Positions 37,997 through 48,137 of a DNA stretch of 64,000 nucleotides are shown here, in pieces. Position numbers and translations under genes: made by a program. The notes under the pieces are model-generated. The model saw only the letters and a program-made list of their open reading frames with translations, had not been told where the DNA came from and searched no databases. Origin of the DNA: Azolla caroliniana (lineage: Eukaryota > Plantae > Polypodiophyta). Within the stretch, counting starts at the first letter, position 1; each line of letters starts with the position of its first letter. The stretch spans positions 18,414,001-18,478,000 of the forward strand of contig JBHGNT010000001.1 in NCBI GenBank assembly GCA_043228905.1, in the 5' to 3' direction.

Positions 37997-40412
37997 ATGG
38001 CTCGCCGAATCTTGAACCCTAACTTTTCATTCTCACAAAAAGACGAATCATGCAAGTTCTCTACGCATTACAAAAAACCCTTACAATCTCTTGGCTCCCT
38101 TCGCTCATCGCGTTATCACAGAAGCTCTGTCGCTCGAACAGTGCCTTCAACTCGTTCCTCTTGTTCTCCTCGCTCCTCTCAACCCATCTTTGAAGACATC
38201 ATCGACATGATGATTGATATCTCCCCAGCTTTGCGGCGATGGCTTCATGACAAGGGATTCGCAGGCTACATCTAGGTAGCAGGAGCGCCACCCCACCCAA
38301 ACTCGTAGGACATGGCAAGGAAACTCAATATCGATACATCACAAATGCCAGCATCAGGAAGAAGTTTGGCTTGTTTGGGAGTGGAGGACGCCACTTCAAG
38401 ATCCCTCCAGCAGGGGCTCTTGAGCGTTACTTTGGGGAGTAATCTGTCTCGGCCAAAGCTTACAGGACAAAGGATGCACCAGATCCTTTCATTCGCGAAC
38501 TTGCTAAGTTTTTACTAGAAGTGGAGTGTGTGCATACTAATGTGTACGGGATGCCAAAATAAAAAGCGACCATTGTAATCGCGAGGTTCGAGGGATAGGC
38601 CATAGATTGGGAAATCATAACACGGCCGGCTTTGCGCAAAGGTTTTCACGCGTTCCAAGCCGGGAAGAAACTTTGCCCCATCATCCAGTAGTATTTGAGA
38701 ATACTGTTTTCGCCCCATAAATGGCCCAACTTGCAATCACGCCACGACCGTCAAAATGCAAGCTCGCCAAACTTCCCATGATCGAGTGGGAGGATGAAGA
38801 AAGTTCGCAAGGATTGGAACCCGTAGCTCTACAAGCCGAACAATAGCCTAACTCCACCGTGCAAGTCGAACCACGACCTACTACAAACACACAGGCTGAA
38901 TAGGAGTAGCCTCCTGGAAGCCTGAAGCCCGAAGTCCAAACGTAGAAGGCTAGACAGAAAGGATGGTTGCAAGCTTGTCAAAGACATAGCTCCAAGAACC
39001 GAGACAACATTGGAATTGATTCCACAATTACGGCCAATCCTAACCGAACAATCGCAATGTGGTAAGGGCATGCTAACATCTGAGGCGGAAGTGTTGTCCT
39101 ACCCGGACATTCTGGACACAACCCACAATTCGGTGCTCTGTTCCAATTTGGCACCACCTTGGAACTCATGGAGTTCCTGGCCACCTAGCAAATTAAGGTG
39201 TCATAGCACATGGCGAAGGAGCACGCCGAACGCTAGATAATTGAGTGTGCACTAACACACACAACAGAAAGCGAGGACAAAGGTCCTCGGGCTAGGGTCG
39301 GCCGTAAGTGGAATGCTGAAGTTCGAAGAATCGGCATCGAGCTGCCCCCACTAAATATGGCATTGGTGGAAATACAGACAGAGCTCGCATGGGTTACCAT
39401 CAGTGCCAAAGCTATGGTGGAGAAAAATAAAAATCAGTGAAAAACGATAAAAATAACGCAACAACAACTTGAGAAGGTGCAACATAGAATCGCAGAGCTA
39501 GAGCGTGACACACAAGCGCGGACAAAGCCGGCTCCCAAACTACCTTCCCATACACCAGAGATATAGACGTTGCAGGAAGAGGTCGAAGTGCAAAAGGCGA
39601 TCAAGGACAAGGCAAAACACACCACGGAGCGGGCCGAGATGGAAATCGAATGACTTCGGTCCAAATTCCTGCAATCTTCAAACAGAGAGGCCGATATTCG
39701 GGCAAAAGAACGCAAGGACGTAAAAGCACTTCAAGAAAAGCCGGATGCCGAGAGCGCCGCGCACAAACAAACAATCGCCGAACTCAACTCACTACGCGAG
39801 GTAGCGCAGAAGAAGCGGGTGTGGTACGATGAACAACTCGAAAACGAATGGTAGGTCACTTGAGATGTCGAAACTCACTTGAATAAGGAAATGGTCTGGA
39901 TGGAGGAACTCCATGAGAAGGAGTCAAAAATATGAAAAGGGGTGAAAGGTATCTATGAAGACGCTACTACTGAGGACTTACAGGCACGCACACAGATCAG
40001 CATTGAGCGCATTCGCATCCTCCTCCAAACAAAGCGAGAATGCTTTATGACCCAATTGCAAGCGGCCCTAAACAGAGGTTGGGCCAGATGGGCCGCGAAG
40101 GCGGCAGAGCTCCACACCTACAAGTCGGATCGGGAGAACCTCCTGAACGAAGGGAAAGGCTAGTAGATGTTGAGCAAGGACAACATTGCCACGGTCCGAG
40201 AGGATCTTACGAAAGATTACCAATCCTTAGCCGATCACCACTCTGAGGAGATAACACAGCTAATGGAGGATTTTGGTGATACCCAAATTGGCACCTCCCT
40301 CCAAATCCAAGCTATCGAAGCTGAACAACGGAAAACAGAGGAGGCAAGAAGAACAAGTGTTGTCCGCCTAAGTCGGCCTAGTGGGAAAAGGTGGAAGAAA
40401 TGGAAGGCGTAA
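37997..40412 (+). pseudogene. Long extra 3' ORF of F2 (basic Ser/Arg N-terminus, conserved middle, E/Q/K-rich coiled-coil-like C-terminus), broken
   Basis: Collinear with F1 17648-18628; many stops and frameshifts; lies between INT and the probable LTR. Confidence 0.65.
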
Positions 40413-40809
40413 AGGCAAAAACAACCGTAGTGTAATTATGAGGCCGTAGGTACAGAATGAAGTGTTATAAACACCTATAACGGTTCATGCTCCAAGCGGT
40501 TAATGCTCCAAGCGTAACCGACCATCACTCTATATATAAAGGGCATGGGAAACTTGTATAAGCAAACATAGTTTTTTTGGTAATCTCTGAAATATAGTAG
40601 TGTTGTTCTGAATCGTTGTGTTTCTGTGTTCTCTTCGTTAGCGTATTCTCTATGCAAGAGAAATCGTGTAAGCATGTCTATGTAAATGAGGTGGTTTGTA
40701 GCCGTTTCCCTAATTCCCTTTCCCCTAAGCTTACGCGATGCTACGTATTACGCTCACAGCCATCCATGATAGCCGGTATACGCTCTCCATTTCCTACACC
40801 TCAATCTTC

Positions 40810-41236
40810 TTGAGTCGTACCCAGAAGGACCGAGGGTAGACCATGTTTACCCTAGCCGGTAACATGTGTATGAGTATAAATACACCTAGGGCAAACGTTA
40901 TAGGGGTGATGCAGAATAGAGCTTCTGTACTAGAGCGTAACAGAGTGAGATAGAAAGAGACGCGAGAGCGCGGGAGTGAGCTGCGGGCTAGTTTTGAGGA
41001 ACTTGCCTGAAATCCCAAGTGGTATTTTTCCTCTAAGTTACAGAGATTTGTAACCTATTTTTTCTCTCCTGTATTTTCTGCCTATAGTGAAGATATTTTA
41101 CCCATGGTATTTCCTGTTGTTTAGGGTTTCCATGTAAACACTATGTATTGTGTATTTTGTCTATCTTGTTGCTTTTCGTTTCTGTGTTGTATACTTCAGC
41201 ATATCTTTCTAAGATCTATGGTCTATTGCCCTATCA
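40810..41236 (+). mobile_element. Copia-type LTR (5' boundary uncertain)
   Basis: TATAAATA, GA-rich R-like region, CCATGGTATTTCC..GGGTTTCCATGT motif as in LTRs A and 2770-3186; ends CCTATCA. Confidence 0.6.
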
Positions 41237-41860
41237 GAGCGAACCATGCCTCCGTTGGTTCCATCAGCAGCGAACCCAAGAGACCAACCTGGTGGGAACT
41301 TGTGGCGTAATGACAAGACTATAGGCGTATGATGAGGCCGATCTGATTAAGGAAGCTGCGTAGTTGTGAACGTGTTCCATCGAACTTATCGGGAAGGCTG
41401 ACGTTGGGTTCATTATAGGGTTCTTGGTATGGTGACAGTGGGTTGAGTGTGGTGGTTGGGGTAACCGAGGATGTGGCAGACTGAAGTTCAAGTAAAGATT
41501 GATGACGGGTAGCATTGTCGGCTTGGAGTGGTTCCAAAGCTACGAGTATTTCATGTAGGCTATCAAAAGGATTGGACATGGCTTTCGATGTGTGGTTAAC
41601 GAAGAGGTGGAGAGAGCGGAAAAGGAAGGTGAACAAACTATTAAGGACAAAAGAAGAACGGAACTACAAGGACACAATTGGCAAGCACAAAGAGAAAGTA
41701 GCATTAACTGGTGTTGTTCTGAATTCATTCAAGGTGCACTCAATTATTTAAACTAAGCGGCATGCGTACCTATTGCATGCATGCGATATGCATGCATGTG
41801 CCGAGTGTAAATAATACAAGGGAGCAATTATGCCCCGGGGGCTTCACCTTGTATGATAGC
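41237..41860 (-). mobile_element. Chromovirus-type gag N-terminus and LTR remnant, relative of J
   Basis: EPNVSLPDKFDGTRSQLRSFLNQI vs J EPKIGLPVKFDGTRSQFKGFLNQV; AWFA at the truncation. Confidence 0.75.
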
Positions 41861-42117
41861 ATGTGAGTTCATCAAAAGGGGTTTAAATTAATCAGTGAGA
41901 TACAGAATATATATATAAGGGTATTAATAAATATTTGAAAATATATTTACATAAGGGTATTATCAATTATGCTGGAAACTTTTTTTACCTAAGCCCATGG
42001 AATATTATATATTTCAATGAGATAGTAAAGAATATATTATGCAAAGAATACTCAAATTTAGAGACGACATGAGTTTATCACCGTCTGGACAACGGCACCA
42101 TTCATGAGATCTATCAT

Positions 42118-42186
42118 GATATGGCAAGACTCAAACCCATGACCTTATGCTACAGGGTCGAGCTCTTACCATTAGACTATGAATTG
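42118..42186 (-). ncRNA. tRNA-derived A/B-box cassette at the 5' edge of the J LTR (copy 47331-47400)
   Basis: Minus strand: A box TAGTCTAATGG (42179-42169); B box GGTTTGAGTC in 5' LTR and canonical GGTTCGAGTC in 3' LTR (47350-47341). Confidence 0.65.
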
Positions 42187-42557
42187 TGATTTGTAGGATA
42201 TTATTTTCATTTATGCTTTATCATAGAAAATTGATGTATATTCCAGATCTCTCTGGAACATACTAGAAGCTTCAGGATTATTCCTAAAAACACTATAAAA
42301 GGAGGCACAAGGCATTGTTTTGAACCAAATTGGTTCAACGCCAGTCTTAAGCCGCTTAGCCGATTTGTATTTATCTTTTCACATAATATAAGAGTTGTTG
42401 TCATCATCCTTCTCTCTCTCTCTTTCTCGCTATCTCTCTCTCTTCTCTTCTCACTTCCTCTCTCGGGAATCTTACGCAATCCCGTCCTCTTAGTACTAAT
42501 AGTACTGCTCTTCTTTAGTACTAATTCCATCTCTGCTTTAGTACAACTCCTGACGGT

Positions 42558-42569
42558 TTGAACCAATTT
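42558..42569 (+). promoter_or_regulatory. Self-priming PBS of J
   Basis: TTGAACCAATTT is the exact reverse complement of AAATTGGTTCAA (42327-42338), ~30 nt downstream of TATAAAA (42294); no TGG tRNA PBS. Confidence 0.8.
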
Positions 42570-42594
42570 TTCCTCCTACCCTTTTCCCTATACT

Positions 42595-43752
42595 ATGGCT
42601 ACTGTTAGCGCCCAAGAATATCAATCCGTTTTCTCCGAGCTACAGTGCTTAAAAGAAAAATTTGTTGCCTTGGAACAAGAAAACCAACGGCTGATAGGGG
42701 ATCTGCAACAAATCGCTCTAGAAAAGCAACAAACGCAGCAACAGCATGGGGAGTTAGCGTTACGAGTGCAACAACTCAAAGCGGCATTGCAAAAACAAGG
42801 ATCAAGTCCCCAAGGATTTCATAAAGAGCCGAAGATTGGACTTCCTGTGAAATTTGATGGAACGCGATCGCAATTCAAGGGATTCCTTAATCAGGTACAA
42901 TTAGTCCTCCAAATGCATCCTTCCCGATACCCCATTGATGCATCCCGAGTCGGCTTAATAGGCACATTGCTTAGCGGCTCAGCCTTAGCATGGTTCGCTC
43001 CACTCCTAGAAAAACAATCGCCCTTGCTTAATAGCTTTGAAGATTTTATTAGTGAGTTCAAAGCCTGCTTTGGAGACACCGACAGCATCAGGACGGCGAT
43101 CAACAAGATCCGGCGATTGCGTCAAGGCGATCGTCCAGCCTCTGCCTACGCGGCGGATTTCCGCCTACTCGCTTCAGACATACCCTGGGATGATCAAGCA
43201 CTAATGCAGCAGTTTCGCTATGCCCTGCGAAACGATGTCAAAGATCTACTTCTAACTTTCCCCGAAGAACCAAAGTCTCTTACGGAGGCAATCAGTCGAG
43301 CGGTCCAATGTGACAACCGCCTTTTCGAACGGCATTCGGAACGTCAATTACAGATACCACGCGCTAGGCCGGAGCCCACTTACGCTGCAGTCGCGGCTAA
43401 ACCGTTTGCACGAGACATACCTCAAGCAAATACTTCGACACCGATGGAGATCGATACCATGCGTAGACGCGGGCCGTTATCGGAAGAAGAAAAGCAACGA
43501 CGAGGTGCAAATCGATTATGTCTTTATTGCGGTGGACCAGGGCATATCACAATCAATTGTCCCCATAGGCCAAGAAGACAGGTAAATCAAATTGTAGCCT
43601 GTACTAAACCCGAGTCAATTCTTCCCTTAGGAGTGTCTGATAGTATTAATAGTACTAATAGAGTGTTTGATAGTAATCATAGTACTAATAGCCCAAGTAT
43701 CTCAAAAAAAATTGAAATCCTTAGTCAATTAGATGAAGAGTTAAACGATTGA
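42595..43752 (+). CDS. J Gag (intact ORF, 385 aa)
   Basis: Coiled-coil N-terminus, capsid PVKFDG..ALAWF..LRQG, PMEID, CCHC CLYCGGPGHITINC. Confidence 0.9.
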   Translation: MATVSAQEYQSVFSELQCLKEKFVALEQENQRLIGDLQQIALEKQQTQQQHGELALRVQQLKAALQKQGSSPQGFHKEPKIGLPVKFDGTRSQFKGFLNQVQLVLQMHPSRYPIDASRVGLIGTLLSGSALAWFAPLLEKQSPLLNSFEDFISEFKACFGDTDSIRTAINKIRRLRQGDRPASAYAADFRLLASDIPWDDQALMQQFRYALRNDVKDLLLTFPEEPKSLTEAISRAVQCDNRLFERHSERQLQIPRARPEPTYAAVAAKPFARDIPQANTSTPMEIDTMRRRGPLSEEEKQRRGANRLCLYCGGPGHITINCPHRPRRQVNQIVACTKPESILPLGVSDSINSTNRVFDSNHSTNSPSISKKIEILSQLDEELND

Positions 43753-46700
43753 GTTCAGCCAAAATAGGAGCCATTTGGTTGGACAACAGCCCTAGATATG
43801 TACAGCCCATTAGTGGTTCCATTCCTTCCAAGCAAGTTAGCAATGTGTTCCTAGCCCAAGTCATTGTTAGTACTAAAAGTACTCCCCCAGTACCCGTCCT
43901 AGCACTTTTAGATTCCGGAGCTAATTCCTTTTTCATGAATCGAAATTTGCCCAAGCTTCTCAGATATCCTTAAGAAAACTTCCTTGTCTCGCAGCTGCAG
44001 TAGTCATTGATGGTCGTCCCATTGCTTCCGGGAATATTGTAGAAGAATCAAAACCCATTCAAGTTGTCCTAGGTAGTTTTGTGTGTGTAATATCATTTAA
44101 TATAATTAGTAGTCCAGAGCATCCCATTGTCCTAGGATTACCTTGGTTTGAATTACATAATCCAGCCAGCCATAGATTGGAGAACAAGAGAAGTCCGATA
44201 TCGACAACCCCAAGAATCAACTCACCGAGTTTCGACCATTTCACTCCATCAACTACGCGAAGAAGGACCCAAGGAGGCAATGTTCCTATTTGCAATATCA
44301 GTACATCCTTCCAGCACTATTAAGAAGGACTCCTCAGTACAACTTCCAGCAAAATATCATCCTTATGCCGATGTATTTGACAAGGTAAAAGCTGGTACCC
44401 TTCCTCATCACCGTCCCTATGACTGTCCCATCGATTTACAACTAGGAACCGAGCCACCATGGGGACCAATTTACAACTTGTCACCCACCGAGTTAGAAGT
44501 CCTTCGAGCCTACATAGAGGAGAACTTGGCAAGCGGGTTCATCCGTCATTCGAAATCTCCGGCCAGTGCACCCATCTTCTTTGTCAAGAAGAAAGATGGC
44601 TCACTTCGTCTTGTCAGTGATTACCGCGGATTGAATAAAGTCACCATCCGGAATAGGTATGCACTTCCTCTTATATCAAGTCTTTTAGAGCGAGTTAATG
44701 GTGCCAAGTTTTTTACTAAAATCGACCTCCGAGGAGCGTATAACCTCGTGCGGATCCGACCGAGAGATGAATGGAAGACCGCCTTTCGCACGTGGTATGG
44801 GCATTTCGAGTATACTGTTATGCCGTTCGGCCTAACCAATGCACCCCGCAGTCTTCCAACACATGGCAAATGATATATTTAGAGACCTCTTGGATATCTG
44901 TTTGATCATTTATCTGGATGATCTATTGATTTATTCGAAGACCCAAGAAGAGCACGATTCACATGTACTATTAGTACTAAAGCGACTCCGCGAGAATGGT
45001 CTTTATGCCAAGCTAGAAAAATGTAGCTTTGACTGCAAGCAAGTGGAATTTCTAGGCTACGTCATCTCCTCAAAGGGCATCGCCATGGATCCAGCTAAAA
45101 TCTAAACTGTACTAGAGTGTCAAATTCCACGGTCGGTACGAGATGTACAATGTTTTCTAGGTTTTGCTAACTTCTACCGTAAGTTTATACAGGATTACTC
45201 GAAGATTATTTTACCTCTCACACAACTTACGAAGAAGGGCCAAGCATTTCTTTGGTCCATAGAAGCAGATATGGCTTTTTGGCATCTTAAGAAAGCCTTT
45301 ACATCAGCATCGATTCTAGCTCATGTGGATACAAGCAAACCATTCATCATGGAGGCCGACGCATCAGATTTCGCCCTCGGTAGCATCCTTTCTCAACCAG
45401 GAGGTAAAGAAGAGTTGCATCCGGTGGCTTTCCATTCGCGCAAATTCGATGTCGCAGAAATCAACTACGAAATACATGACAAGGAGTTATTAGCCATCGT
45501 GGATTCATTTGTACAATGGCGGCATTTTTTAGAGGGCTCTCCACATCAGGTCATTGTCTTTAGCGATCATAAAAATCTTGCTTATTTTCAGAACGCTCAC
45601 GTACTAAATCGACGGCAAGCTCGGTGGGCGCAATTCCTCACGCGTTTCGACTTCAAAATCACATATCGACCGGGGAAGCAGCAAGGAAAAGCAGATGCAC
45701 TATCACGGCGTTCATATCTTGCTCCTCGTCCTGGTGATGCAACATTTGATAATCAAAAGCAAGTAATCTTGGGACCAACACGATTGCACACGACGCGGAT
45801 TTTTCACACCCCAATGGATTCACGGATTACCGATGACATACGTGCAACCTTGAAGACGAATAGTTTTGCTCAAGACATCCTGGCGCACATTGATACTTCT
45901 CGGGCATCCTGTTCTCGGTCTCAACAACCAGGTATTGACTACCGACAATTCGAATATCATGATGGTTTGTTATTCTTTAAAAAGCGCGTATATGTCCCCG
46001 ATTGCTCCTGTCGCCTTAGCTCCTGTCGCCTTCAAATTGTCCAGCATTGTCAAGACACGCATACGGCGGGACATTTCAGTAGTACTAAGACATTGGAGCT
46101 AGTGCAAAGATCTTTTTGGTGGCCCCACATGCGCCGTTTTGTCGACGACTACATTCAGACTTGTGATGCTTACTGCCGAGCAAAGATGCCACGACACCAT
46201 CCATATGTCTTGTTGGAACCCTTACAAATTCCAAGTAAGCCGTGGCAGTCTATTTGTCTTGATTTTATCACAGATCTGCCGGTCTCGAAGGGGTTCGATG
46301 CTATCCTAACCGTCGTCGATCGATATACGAAGATGGCACATTTTGTGCCGTCTACTAAAGCCATCACTAGCGAGGAAACCGCCGCCCTTGTTATGCGTGA
46401 GGTATTTCGGCATCATAGCCTCCCAGACAGTATCATCAGTGATCGAGGACCGCAATTTGTCTCCAAATTTTGGCAGCATCTCTTCAAGATGCTCAAGGTC
46501 TCCTGCAATCTCTCCTCAGGCTACCATCCTCAGACCGACGGGCAGGCGGAACGAACAAACCAAACGCTGGAGCAATATCTCCGGTGTTTCCTGAGTTATT
46601 AACAAGACGATTGGGCCGAGATTCTCCACTTTGCGGAGTTTGCGTATAATAATGCTATTCACTCCTCGACTCGGACCTCCCCATTTTTCGCTTATACCGG

Positions 46701-47313
46701 TTTCCATCCTCGTTGGTCAGTGATCGACACCCCGGAGCTACCTACCAACCCTCGTGCCGAGGATCATTTGGAGAGGCTACGCAAGATCCAGATGGATCTC
46801 TCTACTCACCTTCATCATGCTCAACACACACAGAAGACTTATGCGGATCGTCATCGGATTCCCTCCTCTTTTGCCATCGGAGATTGAGTATGGCTCTTAC
46901 GTCGTCACATCAAGACTACTCGACCGTGCGACAAGTTGGATTATCGACGACTCGGTCCCTTCCGTATTACGGGAAAGATTAATGATGTCACATTCCGCCT
47001 TGATCTCCCTCTGCAGCTTCATATACATCCGGTTTTCCATTGTTCTCTTCTTGAACCTTTTAAAGCAAACACCATTTCCGATCGTGTGACACCACCGCCG
47101 CCCCGGAGTATGAAGTTGTTGCCATCCTCGATTCCAAACTTGTTCGCAACAAACTTTATTACTTGGTTGATGTGCTCGGTTATAGTCCGAGCGAACATAC
47201 TTGGGAACCCGTCGAGCGCCAATGCACAGGATCTTCTTGTTGATTTCCACCGAAAGTATCTGGACAAACCCGGTCCGCAATTAGCACCGACTCGTTCCAC
47301 TCATCGTCTTTAA
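43749..47313 (+). pseudogene. J pol (PR, RT, RH, INT, chromodomain), frameshifted
   Basis: ALLDSGA protease; chromodomain EYEVVAILDSKLVRNKLYYLVDVLGYSPSEHTWEP from ~47106. Confidence 0.9.
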
Positions 47314-48137
47314 GGGGGAGATAGTGTCATGATATGGCAAGACTCGAACCCATGACCTTATGCTACATGGGTCGAGCTCTTACCATTAGACTATGAATTG
47401 TGATTTGTAGGATATTATTTTCATTTATCCTTTATCATAGAAAATTGATGTATATTCCAGATCTCTCTGGAACATTCTAGAAGCTTCAGGATTATTCCTA
47501 AAAACACTATAAAAGGAGGCACAAGGCATTGTTTTGAACCAAATTGGTTCAACGCCAGTCTTAAGCCTCTTAACCGATTTGTATTTATCTTTTCACATAA
47601 TATAAGAGTTGTTTTCATCATCCTTCTCTCTCTCTCTTTCTCGCTATCTCTCTCTCTTCTCTTCTCACTTCCTCTATCGGGAATCTTACGCAGTCCCGTC
47701 CTCTTAGTACTAATAATACTGCTCTTCTTTAGTACTAATTCCATCTCTGCTTTAGTACTACTCCTGACAACATCCAATTATGGTACTCCTTATTGGCATT
47801 TTCAGCCTCCGAAATGATTGTTTCCCCCACCGATCACATAGAGTATAAAATCTTGTAAAAATGTTTACACTAATGACAGGATATTTTTTAAAAATAAAAA
47901 AATAAAAAATTGGAGTAACATATATACAAACATATACATGCATGCATGCATCCATATATACCTACATTCAAACATTACATCCATGAATATGTATATACAT
48001 ACATTACACCCATTTATACATGTATAGTAACAAAACATAAATATATGTACAAATATATATTACCATATGTAAATATGTACGTACACATACATTACATACT
48101 ACATACATATTAGAATCGACCATATATATTGACATAC

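Larger units (their letters stand above)
18798..40798 (+). mobile_element. Second F copy (F2), split by G: RH 18798-19643, INT 36804-37800, extra ORF 37997-40410, probable 3' LTR 40431-40798
   Basis: Removing G plus one TSD restores in-frame PPRSRIDEKKRL (F1: PPHLQTDEKKRL); TGTA..TACA segment with TATATAAA after the extra ORF. Confidence 0.78.
42112..47769 (+). mobile_element. Full-length chromovirus J (Tcn1/Tf1-like; LTRs 42112-42555 and 47325-47769)
   Basis: Paired LTRs, TSD AGATC/ACATC, PPT AAGGGGGAGATAG; [43 protein letters not shown], chromodomain. Confidence 0.94.
42060..47910 (+). mobile_element. L1-like LINE 3' end split by J (~42060-42111 and 47775-47910)
   Basis: Joined sequence reads APFMRSNYGTPYWHFQPPK*LFPPPIT*, homologous to 53735-53920; A-rich tail near 47890. 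Confidence 0.75.

Noticed and set aside
42207-42566. 119-aa minus-strand ORF present in both J LTRs
   Set aside because: Duplicated only because it lies in the LTR; largely translation of a CT-rich tract
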